The notes beneath the pieces were generated by a model. The model saw only the letters and a program-made list of their open reading frames with translations, had not been told where the DNA came from and ran no database searches. Of a stretch of DNA of 64,000 nt, positions 13,101-28,100 are shown in pieces. The DNA comes from the human T2T-CHM13v2.0 reference genome, Homo sapiens: the NCBI RefSeq assembly GCF_009914755.1, contig NC_060942.1; one strand, 5' to 3'. Both the position numbers and the translations under genes were made by a program. Each line of letters starts with the position of its first letter. Position 1 is the first letter of the stretch.

Positions 13101-16100
13101 AAAGCAGACAGCAGCATTCTCAGAAAGTTCTTTGTGATGATTGCATTCAAGTCACAGAATTGAACATTCCCTTTCATAGAGCAGGTTTGAAACACTCTTT
13201 TTGTAGTGTGTGTAAGTGGACATTTGGAGCGCTTTCCGGCCTAAGGTGAAAAAGGACATATCTTCCCATAATAACTAGACAGAAGCATTCTCAGAAACTT
13301 ACTCGTGATGTGTGTCCTCAACTAAAGGAGTAGAACCTTTCTATTCATAGAGAAGTTTTGAAACGCTCTTTTTGTGGAATCTCCAAGTGGATATTTGGCT
13401 AGTTTTGAGGATTTCGTTGGAAGCGGGAATTCATACAAATTGCAGACTGCAGCGTTCTGAGAAACATCTTTGAAATGTTTGTATTCAAGACACAGAGATG
13501 AACATTCCCTATCATAGAGCATGTTGGAATCACTCCTTTTGTAGTATCTGGAAGTGGACATTTGGAGCGCTTTCAGGCCTATGTTGAAAAAGGAAATATC
13601 TTCCCATAACAACTAGACACAAGCATTCTCAGAAACTTGTTTGTGATGTGTGCCCTCTACTGACAGAGTTGAACCTTTCTTTTCATAGAGCAGTTTTGAA
13701 ACACTCTTTTATAGAATCCGCAAGAGGATATTTGCATAGCTTTGAGGATTTCGTGGGAAACGGGATTGTCTTCAGGTAAAATCTAGACAGAAGCATTCTC
13801 AGAAACTTCTTTGGGATGTTTGCATTCAAGTCACAGAGTAGAACATTCCCTTTGGTAGAGCAGGTTTGAAACACTCTTTTTGTAGTATCTGGAAGTGGAC
13901 ATTTGGAGCGCTTTCAGACCCATGTTGGAAAGGGAAATATCTTCCCGTAACAACTAGGCAGAAGCATTCTCAGAAACTTATTTGAGATGTGTGTACTCAA
14001 CTAAGAGAATTGAACCACCGTTTTGAAGGAGCAGTTTTGAAACCCTCTTTTTCTGGAATCTGCAAGAGTATATTTGCCTAGCCTTGAGGATTTCGTTGGA
14101 AACGGGATTGTCTTCAGATAAAATCTAGACAGAAGCATTCTCAGAAACTTCTTTGGGATGTTTGCATTCAAGTCACAGAGTAGAACATTCCCTTTGGTAG
14201 AGCAGGTTTGAAACACTCTTTTTTTAGTATATGGAAGTGGACATTTGGAGCGCTTTCAGGCCTACGTTGGAAAAGGAAATATCTTCCCATAACAACTAGA
14301 CAGAAGCATTCTCAGAAACTAGTTTCTGATGTGTGTCCTCAACTAACACAGTTGTACATTTCTTTAGACAGAACAGTTTTGAAACACTCTTTTTGTGGAA
14401 TCTGCAAGTGGATATTGGGCTAGATTTGAGGATTTCGTTGGAAACGGGATTACATATAAAAAGCAGACAGCAGCATTCTCAGAAAGTTCTTTGTGATGAT
14501 TGCATTCAAGTCACAGAATTGAACATTCCCTTTCACAGAGCAGGTTTGAAACACTCTTTTTGTAGTGTGTGTAAGTGGACATTTGGAGCGCTTTCCGGCC
14601 TAAGGTGAAAAAGGAAATATCTTCCCATAAAAACTAGACAGAAGCATTCTCAGAAACTTACTCGTGATGTGTGTCCTCAACTAAAGGAGTAGAACCTTTC
14701 TATTCATAGAGAAGTTTTGAAACGCTCTTTTTGTGGAATCTCCAAGTGGATATTTGGCTAGTCTTGAGGATTTCGTTGGAAGCGGGAATTCATACAAATT
14801 GCAGACTGCAGCGTTCTGAGAAACATCTTTGTGATGTTTGTATTCAGGACACAGAGATGAACATTCCCTATCATAGAGCAGGTTGGAATCACTCCTTTTG
14901 TAGTATCTGGAAGTGGACATTTGGAGCGCTTTCAGGCCTATGTTGAAAAAGGAAATATCTTCCCATAACAACTAGACACAAGCATTCTCAGAAACTTGTT
15001 TGTGATGTGTGCCCTCTACTGACAGAGTTGAACCTTTCTTTTCATAGAGCAGTTTTGAAACACTCTTTTTGTAGAATCCGCAAGAGGATATTTGCATAGC
15101 TTTGAGGATTTCGTGGGAAACGGGATTGTCTTCAGGTAAAATCTAGAAAGAAGCATTCTCAGAAACTTCTTTGGGATGTTTGCATTCAAGTCACAGAGTA
15201 GAACATTCCCTTTGGTAGAGCAGGTTTGAAACACTCTTTTTGTAGTATCTGGAAGTGGACATTTGGAGCGCTTTCAGGCCCATGTTGGAAAGGGAAATAT
15301 CTTCCCGTAACAACTAGGCAGAAGCATTCTCAGAAACTTATTTGAGATGTGTGTACTCAAGTAAGAGAACTGAACCACCGTTTTGAAGGAGCAGTTTTGA
15401 AACACTCTTTTTCTGGAATCTGCAAGAGTATATTTGCCTAGCCTTGAGGATTTCGTTGGAAACGGGATTGTCTTCAGATAAAATCTAGACAGAAGCATTC
15501 TCAGAAACTTCTTTGGGATGTTTGCATTCAAGTCACAGAGTAGAACATTCCCTTTGGTAGAGCAGGTTTGAAACACTCTTTTTTTAGTATATGGAAGTGG
15601 ACATTTGGAGCGCTTTCAGGCCTACGTTGGAAAAGGAAATATCTTCCCATAACAACTAGACAGAAGCATTCTCAGAAACTAGTTTCTGATGTGTGTCCTC
15701 AACTAACACAGTTGAACTTTTCTTTAGACAGAACAGTTTTGAAACACTCTTTTTGTGGAATCTGCAAGTGGATATTGGGCTAGATTTGAGGATTTCGTTG
15801 GAAACGGGATTACATATAAAAAGCAGACAGCAGCATTCTCAGAAAGTTCTTTGTGATGATTGCATTCAAGTCACAGAATTGAACATTCCCTTTCACAGAG
15901 CAGGTTTGAAACACTCTTTTTGTAGTGTGTGTAAGTGGACATTTGGAGCGCTTTCCGGCCTAAGGTGAAAAAGGAAATATCTTCCCATAAAAACTAGACA
16001 GAAGCATTCTCAGAAACTTACTCGTGATGTGTGTCCTCAACTAAAGGAGTAGAACCTTTCTATTCATAGAGAAGTTTTGAAACGCTCTTTTTGTGGAATC

Positions 16101-19100
16101 TCCAAGTGGATATTTGGCTAGTTTTGAGGATTTCGTTGGAAGCGGGAATTCATACAAATTGCAGACTGCAGCGTTCTGAGAAACATCTTTGTGATGTTTG
16201 TATTCAGGACACAGAGATGAACATTCCCTATCATAGAGCAGGTTGGAATCACTCCTTTTGTAGTATCTGGAAGTGGACATTTGGAGCGCTTTCAGGCCTA
16301 TGTTGAAAAAGGAAATATCTTCCCATAACAACTAGACACAAGCATTCTCAGAAACTTGTTTGTGATGTGTGCCCTCTACTGACAGAGTTGAACCTTTCTT
16401 TTCATAGAGCAGTTTTGAAACACTCTTTTATAGAATCCGCAAGAGGATATTTGCATAGCTTTGAGGATTTCGTGGGAAACGGGATTGTCTTCAGGTAAAA
16501 TCTAGACAGAAGCATTCTCAGAAACTTCTTTGGGATGTTTGCATTCAAGTCACAGAGTAGAACATTCCCTTTGGTAGAGCAGGTTTGAAACACTCTTTTT
16601 GTAGTATCTGGAAGTGGACATTTGGAGCGCTTTCAGGCCCATGTTGGAAAGGGAAATATCTTCCCGTAACAACTAGGCAGAAGCATTCTCAGAAACTTAT
16701 TTGAGATGTGTGTACTCAAGTAAGAGAACTGAACCACCGTTTTGAAGGAGCAGTTTTGAAACACTCTTTTTCTGGAATCTGCAAGAGTATATTTGCCTAG
16801 CCTTGAGGATTTCGTTGGAAACGGGATTGTCTTCAGATAAAATCTAGACAGAAGCATTCTCAGAAACTTCTTTGGGATGTTTGCATTCAAGTCACAGAGT
16901 AGAACATTCCCTTTGGTAGAGCAGGTTTGAAACACTCTTTTTTTAGTATATGGAAGTGGACATTTGGAGCGCTTTCAGGCCTACGTTGGAAAAGGAAATA
17001 TCTTCCCATAACAACTAGACAGAAGCATTCTCAGAAACTAGTTTCTGATGTGTGTCCTCAACTAACACAGTTGTACATTTCTTTATACAGAACAGTTTTG
17101 AAACACTCTTTTTGTGGAATCTGCAAGTGGATATTGGGCTAGATTTGAGGATTTCGTTGGAAACGGGATTACATATAAAAAGCAGTCAGCAGCATTCTCA
17201 GAAAGTTCTTTGTGATGATTGCATTCAAGTCACAGAATTGAACATTCCCTTTCATAGAGCAGGTTTGAAACACTCTTTTTGTAGTGTGTGTAAGTGGACA
17301 TTTGGAGCGCTTTCCGGCCTAAGGTGAAAAAGGACATATCTTCCCATAATAACTAGACAGAAGCATTCTCAGAAACTTACTCGTGATGTGTGTCCTCAAC
17401 TAAAGGAGTAGAACCTTTCTATTCATAGAGAAGTTTTGAAACGCTCTTTTTGTGGAATCTCCAAGTGGATATTTGGCTAGTTTTGAGGATTTCGTTGGAA
17501 GCGGGAATTCATACAAATTGCAGACTGCAGCGTTCTGAGAAACATCTTTGAAATGTTTGTATTCAAGACACAGAGATGAACATTCCCTATCATAGAGCAT
17601 GTTGGAATCACTCCTTTTGTAGTATCTGGAAGTGGACATTTGGAGCGCTTTCAGGCCTATGTTGAAAAAGGAAATATCTTCCCATAACAACTAGACACAA
17701 GCATTCTCAGAAACTTGTTTGTGATGTGTGCCCTCTACTGACAGAGTTGAACCTTTCTTTTCATAGAGCAGTTTTGAAACACTCTTTTATAGAATCCGCA
17801 AGAGGATATTTGCACAGCTTTGAGGATTTCGTGGGAAACGGGATTGTCTTCAGGTAAAATCTAGACAGAAGCATTCTCAGAAACTTCTTTGGGATGTTTG
17901 CATTCAAGTCACAGAGTAGAACATTCCCTTTGGTAGAGCAGGTTTGAAACACTCTTTTTGTAGTATCTGGAAGTGGACATTTGGAGCGCTTTCAGACCCA
18001 TGTTGGAAAGGGAAATATCTTCCCGTAACAACTAGGCAGAAGCATTCTCAGAAACTTATTTGAGATGTGTGTACTCAACTAAGAGAATTGAACCACCGTT
18101 TTGAAGGAGCAGTTTTGAAACCCTCTTTTTCTGGAATCTGCAAGAGTATATTTGCCTAGCCTTGAGGATTTCGTTGGAAACGGGATTGTCTTCAGATAAA
18201 ATCTAGACAGAAGCATTCTCAGAAACTTCTTTGGGATGTTTGCATTCAAGTCACAGAGTAGAACATTCCCTTTGGTAGAGCAGGTTTGAAACACTCTTTT
18301 TTTAGTATATGGAAGTGGACATTTGGAGCGCTTTCAGGCCTACGTTGGAAAAGGAAATATCTTCCCATAACAACTAGACAGAAGCATTCTCAGAAACTAG
18401 TTTCTGATGTGTGTCCTCAACTAACACAGTTGTACATTTCTTTATACAGAACAGTTTTGAAACACTCTTTTTGTGGAATCTGCAAGTGGATATTGGGCTA
18501 GATTTGAGGATTTCGTTGGAAACGGGATTACATATAAAAAGCAGACAGCAGCATTCTCAGAAAGTTCTTTGTGATGATTGCATTCAAGTCACAGAATTGA
18601 ACATTCCCTTTCACAGAGCAGGTTTGAAACACTCTTTTTGTAGTGTGTGTAAGTGGACATTTGGAGCGCTTTCCGGCCTAAGGTGAAAAAGGAAATATCT
18701 TCCCATAAAAACTAGACAGAAGCATTCTCAGAAACTTACTCGTGATGTGTGTCCTCAACTAAAGGAGTAGAACCTTTCTATTCATAGAGAAGTTTTGAAA
18801 CGCTCTTTTTGTGGAATCTCCAAGTGGATATTTGGCTAGTTTTGAGGATTTCGTTGGAAGCGGGAATTCATCCAAATTGCAGACTGCAGCGTTCTGAGAA
18901 ACATCTTTGTGATGTTTGTATTCAGGACACAGAGATGAACATTCCCTATCATAGAGCAGTTTGGAATCACTCCTTTTGTAGTATCTGGAAGTGGACATTT
19001 GGAGCGCTTTCAGGCCTATGTTGAAAAAGGAAATATCTTCCCATAACAACTAGACACAAGCATTCTCAGAAACTTGTTTGTGATGTGTGCCCTCTACTGA

Positions 19101-22100
19101 CAGAGTTGAACCTTTCTTTTCATAGAGCAGTTTTGAAACACTCTTTTTGTAGAATCCGCAAGAGGATATTTGCATAGCTTTGAGGATTTCGTGGGAAACG
19201 GGATTGTCTTCAGGTAAAATCTAGACAGAAGCATTCTCAGAAACTTCTTTGGGATGTTTGCATTCAAGTCACAGAGTAGAACATTCCCTTTGGTAGAGCA
19301 GGTTTGAAACACTCTTTTTGTAGTATCTGGAAGTGGACATTTGGAGCGCTTTCAGGCCCATGTTGGAAAGGGAAATATCTTCCCGTAACAACTAGGCAGA
19401 AGCATTCTCAGAAACTTATTTGAGATGTGTGTACTCAACTAAGAGAATTGAACCACCGTTTTGAAGGAGCAGTTTTAAAACCCTCTTTTTCTGGAATCTG
19501 CAAGAGTATATTTGCCTAGCCTTGAGGATTTCGTTGGAAACGGGATTGTCTTCAGATAAAATCTATACAGAAGCATTCTCAGAAACTTCTTTGGGATGTT
19601 TGCATTCAAGTCACAGAGTAGAACATTCCCTTTGGTAGAGCAGGTTTGAAACACTCTTTTTTTAGTATATGGAAGTGGACATTTGGAGCGCTTTCAGGCC
19701 TACGTTGGAAAACGAAATATCTTCCCATAACAACTAGACAGAAGCATTCTCAGAAACTAGTTTCTGATGTGTGTCCTCAACTAACACAGTTGTACATTTC
19801 TTTAGACAGAACAGTTTTGAAACACTCTTTTTGTGGAATCTGCAAGTGGATATTGGGCTAGATTTGAGGATTTCGTTGGAAACGGGATTACATATAAAAA
19901 GCAGTCAGCAGCATTCTCAGAAAGTTCTTTGTGATGATTGCATTCAAGTCACAGAATTGAACATTCCCTTTCATAGAGCAGGTTTGAAACACTCTTTTTG
20001 TAGTGTGTGTAAGTGGACATTTGGAGCGCTTTCCGGCCTAAGGTGAAAAAGGACATATCTTCCCATAATAACTAGACAGAAGCATTCTCAGAAACTTACT
20101 CGTGATGTGTGTCCTCAACTAAAGGAGTAGAACCTTTCTATTCATAGAGAAGTTTTGAAACGCTCTTTTTGTGGAATCTCCAAGTGGATATTTGGCTAGT
20201 CTTGAGGATTTCGTTGGAAGCGGGAATTCATACAAATTGCAGACTGCAGCGTTCTGAGAAACATCTTTGAAATGTTTGTATTCAAGACACAGAGATGAAC
20301 ATTCCCTATCATAGAGCATGTTGGAATCACTCCTTTTGTAGTATCTGGAAGTGGACATTTGGAGCGCTTTCAGGCCTATGTTGAAAAAGGAAATATCTTC
20401 CCATAACAACTAGACACAAGCATTCTCAGAAACTTGTTTGTGATGTGTGCCCTCTACTGACAGAGTTGAACCTTTCTTTTCATAGAGCAGTTTTGAAACA
20501 CTCTTTTATAGAATCCGCAAGAGGATATTTGCATAGCTTTGAGGATTTCGTGGGAAACGGGATTGTCTTCAGGTAAAATCTAGACAGAAGCATTCTCAGA
20601 AACTTCTTTGGGATGTTTGCATTCAAGTCACAGAGTAGAACATTCCCTTTGGTAGAGCAGGTTTGAAACACTCTTTTTGTAGTATCTGGAAGTGGACATT
20701 TGGAGCGCTTTCAGACCCATGTTGGAAAGGGAAATATCTTCCCGTAACAACTAGGCAGAAGCATTCTCAGAAACTTATTTGAGATGTGTGTACTCAACTA
20801 AGAGAATTGAACCACCGTTTTGAAGGAGCAGTTTTGAAACCCTCTTTTTCTGGAATCTGCAAGAGTATATTTGCCTAGCCTTGAGGATTTCGTTGGAAAC
20901 GGGATTGTCTTCAGATAAAATCTAGACAGAAGCATTCTCAGAAACTTCTTTGGGATGTTTGCATTCAAGTCACAGAGTAGAACATTCCCTTTGGTAGAGC
21001 AGGTTTGAAACACTCTTTTTTTAGTATATGGAAGTGGACATTTGGAGCGCTTTCAGGCCTACGTTGGAAAAGGAAATATCTTCCCATAACAACTAGACAG
21101 AAGCATTCTCAGAAACTAGTTTCTGATGTGTGTCCTCAACTAACACAGTTGTACATTTCTTTATACAGAACAGTTTTGAAACACTCTTTTTGTGGAATCT
21201 GCAAGTGGATATTGGGCTAGATTTGAGGATTTCGTTGGAAACGGGATTACATATAAAAAGCAGACAGCAGCATTCTCAGAAAGTTCTTTGTGATGATTGC
21301 ATTCAAGTCACAGAATTGAACATTCCCTTTCACAGAGCAGGTTTGAAACACTCTTTTTGTAGTGTGTGTAAGTGGACATTTGGAGCGCTTTCCGGCCTAA
21401 GGTGAAAAAGGAAATATCTTCCCATAAAAACTAGACAGAAGCATTCTCAGAAACTTACTCGTGATGTGTGTCCTCAACTAAAGGAGTAGAACCTTTCTAT
21501 TCATAGAGAAGTTTTGAAACGCTCTTTTTGTGGAATCTCCAAGTGGATATTTGGCTAGTTTTGAGGATTTCGTTGGAAGCGGGAATTCATCCAAATTGCA
21601 GACTGCAGCGTTCTGAGAAACATCTTTGTGATGTTTGTATTCAGGACACAGAGATGAACATTCCCTATCATAGAGCAGTTTGGAATCACTCCTTTTGTAG
21701 TATCTGGAAGTGGACATTTGGAGCGCTTTCAGGCCTATGTTGAAAAAGGAAATATCTTCCCATAACAACTAGACACAAGCATTCTCAGAAACTTGTTTGT
21801 GATGTGTGCCCTCTACTGACAGAGTTGAACCTTTCTTTTCATAGAGCAGTTTTGAAACACTCTTTTTGTAGAATCCGCAAGAGGATATTTGCATAGCTTT
21901 GAGGATTTCGTGGGAAACGGGATTGTCTTCAGGTAAAATCTAGACAGAAGCATTCTCAGAAACTTCTTTGGGATGTTTGCATTCAAGTCACAGAGTAGAA
22001 CATTCCCTTTGGTAGAGCAGGTTTGAAACACTCTTTTTGTAGTATCTGGAAGTGGACATTTGGAGCGCTTTCAGGCCCATGTTGGAAAGGGAAATATCTT

Positions 22101-25100
22101 CCCGTAACAACTAGGCAGAAGCATTCTCAGAAACTTATTTGAGATGTGTGTACTCAACTAAGAGAATTGAACCACCGTTTTGAAGGAGCAGTTTTAAAAC
22201 CCTCTTTTTCTGGAATCTGCAAGAGTATATTTGCCTAGCCTTGAGGATTTCGTTGGAAACGGGATTGTCTTCAGATAAAATCTATACAGAAGCATTCTCA
22301 GAAACTTCTTTGGGATGTTTGCATTCAAGTCACAGAGTAGAACATTCCCTTTGGTAGAGCAGGTTTGAAACACTCTTTTTTTAGTATATGGAAGTGGACA
22401 TTTGGAGCGCTTTCAGGCCTACGTTGGAAAACGAAATATCTTCCCATAACAACTAGACAGAAGCATTCTCAGAAACTAGTTTCTGATGTGTGTCCTCAAC
22501 TAACACAGTTGTACATTTCTTTAGACAGAACAGTTTTGAAACACTCTTTTTGTGGAATCTGCAAGTGGATATTGGGCTAGATTTGAGGATTTCGTTGGAA
22601 ACGGGATTACATATAAAAAGCAGTCAGCAGCATTCTCAGAAAGTTCTTTGTGATGATTGCATTCAAGTCACAGAATTGAACATTCCCTTTCATAGAGCAG
22701 GTTTGAAACACTCTTTTTGTAGTGTGTGTAAGTGGACATTTGGAGCGCTTTCCGGCCTAAGGTGAAAAAGGACATATCTTCCCATAATAACTAGACAGAA
22801 GCATTCTCAGAAACTTACTCGTGATGTGTGTCCTCAACTAAAGGAGTAGAACCTTTCTATTCATAGAGAAGTTTTGAAACGCTCTTTTTGTGGAATCTCC
22901 AAGTGGATATTTGGCTAGTCTTGAGGATTTCGTTGGAAGCGGGAATTCATACAAATTGCAGACTGCAGCGTTCTGAGAAACATCTTTGAAATGTTTGTAT
23001 TCAAGACACAGAGATGAACATTCCCTATCATAGAGCATGTTGGAATCACTCCTTTTGTAGTATCTGGAAGTGGACATTTGGAGCGCTTTCAGGCCTATGT
23101 TGAAAAAGGAAATATCTTCCCATAACAACTAGACACAAGCATTCTCAGAAACTTGTTTGTGATGTGTGCCCTCTACTGACAGAGTTGAACCTTTCTTTTC
23201 ATAGAGCAGTTTTGAAACACTCTTTTATAGAATCCGCAAGAGGATATTTGCATAGCTTTGAGGATTTCGTGGGAAACGGGATTGTCTTCAGGTAAAATCT
23301 AGACAGAAGCATTCTCAGAAACTTCTTTGGGATGTTTGCATTCAAGTCACAGAGTAGAACATTCCCTTTGGTAGAGCAGGTTTGAAACACTCTTTTTGTA
23401 GTATCTGGAAGTGGACATTTGGAGCGCTTTCAGACCCATGTTGGAAAGGGAAATATCTTCCCGTAACAACTAGGCAGAAGCATTCTCAGAAACTTATTTG
23501 AGATGTGTGTACTCAACTAAGAGAATTGAACCACCGTTTTGAAGGAGCAGTTTTGAAACCCTCTTTTTCTGGAATCTGCAAGAGTATATTTGCCTAGCCT
23601 TGAGGATTTCGTTGGAAACGGGATTGTCTTCAGATAAAATCTAGACAGAAGCATTCTCAGAAACTTCTTTGGGATGTTTGCATTCAAGTCACAGAGTAGA
23701 ACATTCCCTTTGGTAGAGCAGGTTTGAAACACTCTTTTTTTAGTATATGGAAGTGGACATTTGGAGCGCTTTCAGGCCTACGTTGGAAAAGGAAATATCT
23801 TCCCATAACAACTAGACAGAAGCATTCTCAGAAACTAGTTTCTGATGTGTGTCCTCAACTAACACAGTTGTACATTTCTTTAGACAGAACAGTTTTGAAA
23901 CACTCTTTTTGTGGAATCTGCAAGTGGATATTGGGCTAGATTTGAGGATTTCGTTGGAAACGGGATTACATATAAAAAGCAGACAGCAGCATTCTCAGAA
24001 AGTTCTTTGTGATGATTGCATTCAAGTCACAGAATTGAACATTCCCTTTCACAGAGCAGGTTTGAAACACTCTTTTTGTAGTGTGTGTAAGTGGACATTT
24101 GGAGCGCTTTCCGGCCTAAGGTGAAAAAGGAAATATCTTCCCATAAAAACTAGACAGAAGCATTCTCAGAAACTTACTCGTGATGTGTGTCCTCAACTAA
24201 AGGAGTAGAACCTTTCTATTCATAGAGAAGTTTTGAAACGCTCTTTTTGTGGAATCTCCAAGTGGATATTTGGCTAGTCTTGAGGATTTCGTTGGAAGCG
24301 GGAATTCATACAAATTGCAGACTGCAGCGTTCTGAGAAACATCTTTGTGATGTTTGTATTCAGGACACAGAGATGAACATTCCCTATCATAGAGCAGGTT
24401 GGAATCACTCCTTTTGTAGTATCTGGAAGTGGACATTTGGAGCGCTTTCAGGCCTATGTTGAAAAAGGAAATATCTTCCCATAACAACTAGACACAAGCA
24501 TTCTCAGAAACTTGTTTGTGATGTGTGCCCTCTACTGACAGAGTTGAACCTTTCTTTTCATAGAGCAGTTTTGAAACACTCTTTTTGTAGAATCCGCAAG
24601 AGGATATTTGCATAGCTTTGAGGATTTCGTGGGAAACGGGATTGTCTTCAGGTAAAATCTAGAAAGAAGCATTCTCAGAAACTTCTTTGGGATGTTTGCA
24701 TTCAAGTCACAGAGTAGAACATTCCCTTTGGTAGAGCAGGTTTGAAACACTCTTTTTGTAGTATCTGGAAGTGGACATTTGGAGCGCTTTCAGGCCCATG
24801 TTGGAAAGGGAAATATCTTCCCGTAACAACTAGGCAGAAGCATTCTCAGAAACTTATTTGAGATGTGTGTACTCAAGTAAGAGAACTGAACCACCGTTTT
24901 GAAGGAGCAGTTTTGAAACACTCTTTTTCTGGAATCTGCAAGAGTATATTTGCCTAGCCTTGAGGATTTCGTTGGAAACGGGATTGTCTTCAGACAAAAT
25001 CTAGACAGAAGCATTGTCAGAAACTTCTTTGAGATGTTTGCATTCAAGTCACAGAGTAGAACATTCCCTTTGGTAGAGTAGGTTTGAAACACTCTTTTTT

Positions 25101-28100
25101 TAGTATATGGAAGTGGACATTTGGAGCGCTTTCAGGCCTACGTTGGAAAAGGAAATATCTTCCCATAACAACTAGACAGAAGCATTCTCAGAAACTAGTT
25201 TCTGATGTGTGTCCTCAACTAACACAGTTGTACATTTCTTTGTACAGAACAGTTTTGAAACACTCTTTTTGTGGAATCTGCAAGTGGATATTGGGCTAGA
25301 TTTGAAGATTTCGTTGGAAACGGGATTACATATAAAAAGCAGTCAGCAGCATTCTCAGAAAGTTCTTTGTGATGATTGCATTCAAGTCACAGAATTGAAC
25401 ATTCCCTTTCATAGAGCAGGTTTGAAACACTCTTTTTGTAGTGTGTGTAAGTGGACATTTGGAGCGCTTTCCGGCCTAAGGTGAAAAAGGACATATCTTC
25501 CCATAAAAACTAGACAGAAGCATTCTCAGAAACTTACTCGTGATGTGTGTCCTCAACTAAAGGAGTAGAACCTTTCTATTCATAGAGAAGTTTTGAAACG
25601 CTCTTTTTGTGGAATCTCCAAGTGGATATTTGGCTAGTTTTGAGGATTTCGTTGGAAGCGGGAATTCATACAAATTGCAGACTGCAGCGTTCTGAGAAAC
25701 ATCTTTGAAATGTTTGTATTCAAGACAGAGAGATGAACATTCCCTATCATAGAGCATGTTGGAATCACTCCTTTTGTAGTATCTGGAAGTGGACATTTGG
25801 AGCGCTTTCAGGCCTATGTTGAAAAAGGAAATATCTTCCCATAACAACTAGACACAAGCATTCTCAGAAACTTGTTTGTGATGTGTGCCCTCTACTGACA
25901 GAGTTGAACCTTTCTTTTCATAGAGCAGTTTTGAAACACTCTTTTATAGAATCCGCAAGAGGATATTTGCATAGCTTTGAGGATTTCGTGGGAAACGGGA
26001 TTGTCTTCAGGTAAAATCTAGACAGAAGCATTCTCAGAAACTTCTTTGGGATGTTTGCATTCAAGTCACAGAGTAGAACATTCCCTTTGGTAGAGCAGGT
26101 TTGAAACACTCTTTTTGTAGTATCTGGAAGTGGACATTTGGAGCGCTTTCAGGCCCATGTTGGAAAGGGAAATATCTTCCCGTAACAACTAGGCAGAAGC
26201 ATTCTCAGAAACTTATTTGAGATGTGTGTACTCAACTAAGAGAACTGAACCACCGTTTTGAAGGAGCAGTTTTGAAACCCTCTTTTTCTGGAATCTGCAA
26301 GAGTACATTTGCCTAGCCTTGAGGATTTCGTTGGAAACGGGACTGTCTTCAGATAAAATCTAGACAGAAGCATTCTCAGAAACTTCTTTGGGATGTTTGC
26401 ATTCAAGTCACAGAGTAGAACATTCCCTTTGGTAGAGCAGGTTTGAAACACTCTTTTTTTAGTATATGGAAGTGGACATTTGGAGCGCTTTCAGGCCTAC
26501 GTTGGAAAAGGAAATATCTTCCCATAACAACTAGACAGAAGCATTCTCAGAAACTAGTTTCTGATGTGTGTCCTCAACTAACACAGTTGTACATTTCTTT
26601 ATACAGAACAGTTTTGAAACACTCTTTTTGTGGAATCTGCAAGTGGATATTGGGCTAGATTTGAGGATTTCGTTGGAAACGGGATTACATATAAAAAGCA
26701 GACAGCAGCATTCTCAGAAAGTTCTTTGTGATGATTGCATTCAAGTCACAGAATTGAACATTCCCTTTCACAGAGCAGGTTTGAAACACTCTTTTTGTAG
26801 TGTGTGTAAGTGGACATTTGGAGCGCTTTCCGGCCTAAGGTGAAAAAGGACATATCTTCCCATAAAAACTAGACAGAAGCATTCTCAGAAACTTACTCGT
26901 GATGTGTGTCCTCAACTAAAGGAGTAGAACCTTTCTATTCATAGAGAAGTTTTGAAACGCTCTTTTTGTGGAATCTCCAAGTGGATATTTGGCTAGTTTT
27001 GAGGATTTCGTTGGAAGCGGGAATTCATCCAAATTGCAGACTGCAGCGTTCTGAGAAACATCTTTGTGATGTTTGTATTCAGGACACAGAGATGAACATT
27101 CCCTATCATAGAGCAGGTTGGAATCACTCCTTTTGTAGTATCTGGAAGTGGACATTTGGAGCGCTTTCAGGCCTATGTTGAAAAAGGAAATATCTTCCCA
27201 TAACAACTAGACACAAGCATTCTCAGAAACTTGTTTGTGATGTGTGCCCTCTACTGACAGAGTTGAACCTTTCTTTTCATAGAGCAGTTTTGAAACACTC
27301 TTTTTGTAGAATCCGCAAGAGGATATTTGCATAGCTTTGAGGATTTCGTGGGAAACGGGATTGTCTTCAGGTAAAATCTAGACAGAAGCATTCTCAGAAA
27401 CTTCTTTGGGATGTTTGCATTCAAGTCACAGAGTAGAACATTCCCTTTGGTAGAGCAGGTTTGAAACACTCTTTTTGTAGTATCTGGAAGTGGACATTTG
27501 GAGCGCTTTCAGGCCCATGTTGGAAAGGGAAATATCTTCCCGTAACAACTAGGCAGAAGCATTCTCAGAAACTTATTTGAGATGTGTGTACTCAACTAAG
27601 AGAATTGAACCACCGTTTTGAAGGAGCAGTTTTAAAACCCTCTTTTTCTGGAATCTGCAAGAGTATATTTGCCTAGCCTTGAGGATTTCATTGGAAACGG
27701 GATTGTCTTCAGATAAAATCTAGACAGAAGCATTCTCAGAAACTTCTTTGGGATGTTTGCATTCAAGTCGCAGAGTAGAACATTCCCTTTGGTAGAGCAG
27801 GTTTGAAACACTCTTTTTTTAGTATATGGAAGTGGACATTTGGAGCGCTTTCAGGCCTACGTTGGAAAACGAAATATCTTCCCATAACAACTAGACAGAA
27901 GCATTCTCAGAAACTAGTTTCTGATGTGTGTCCTCAACTAACACAGTTGTACATTTCTTTAGACAGAACAGTTTTGAAACACTCTTTTTGTGGAATCTGC
28001 AAGTGGATATTGGGCTAGATTTGAGGATTTCGTTGGAAACGGGATTACATATAAAAAGCAGACAGCAGCATTCTCAGAAAGTTCTTTGTGATGATTGCAT

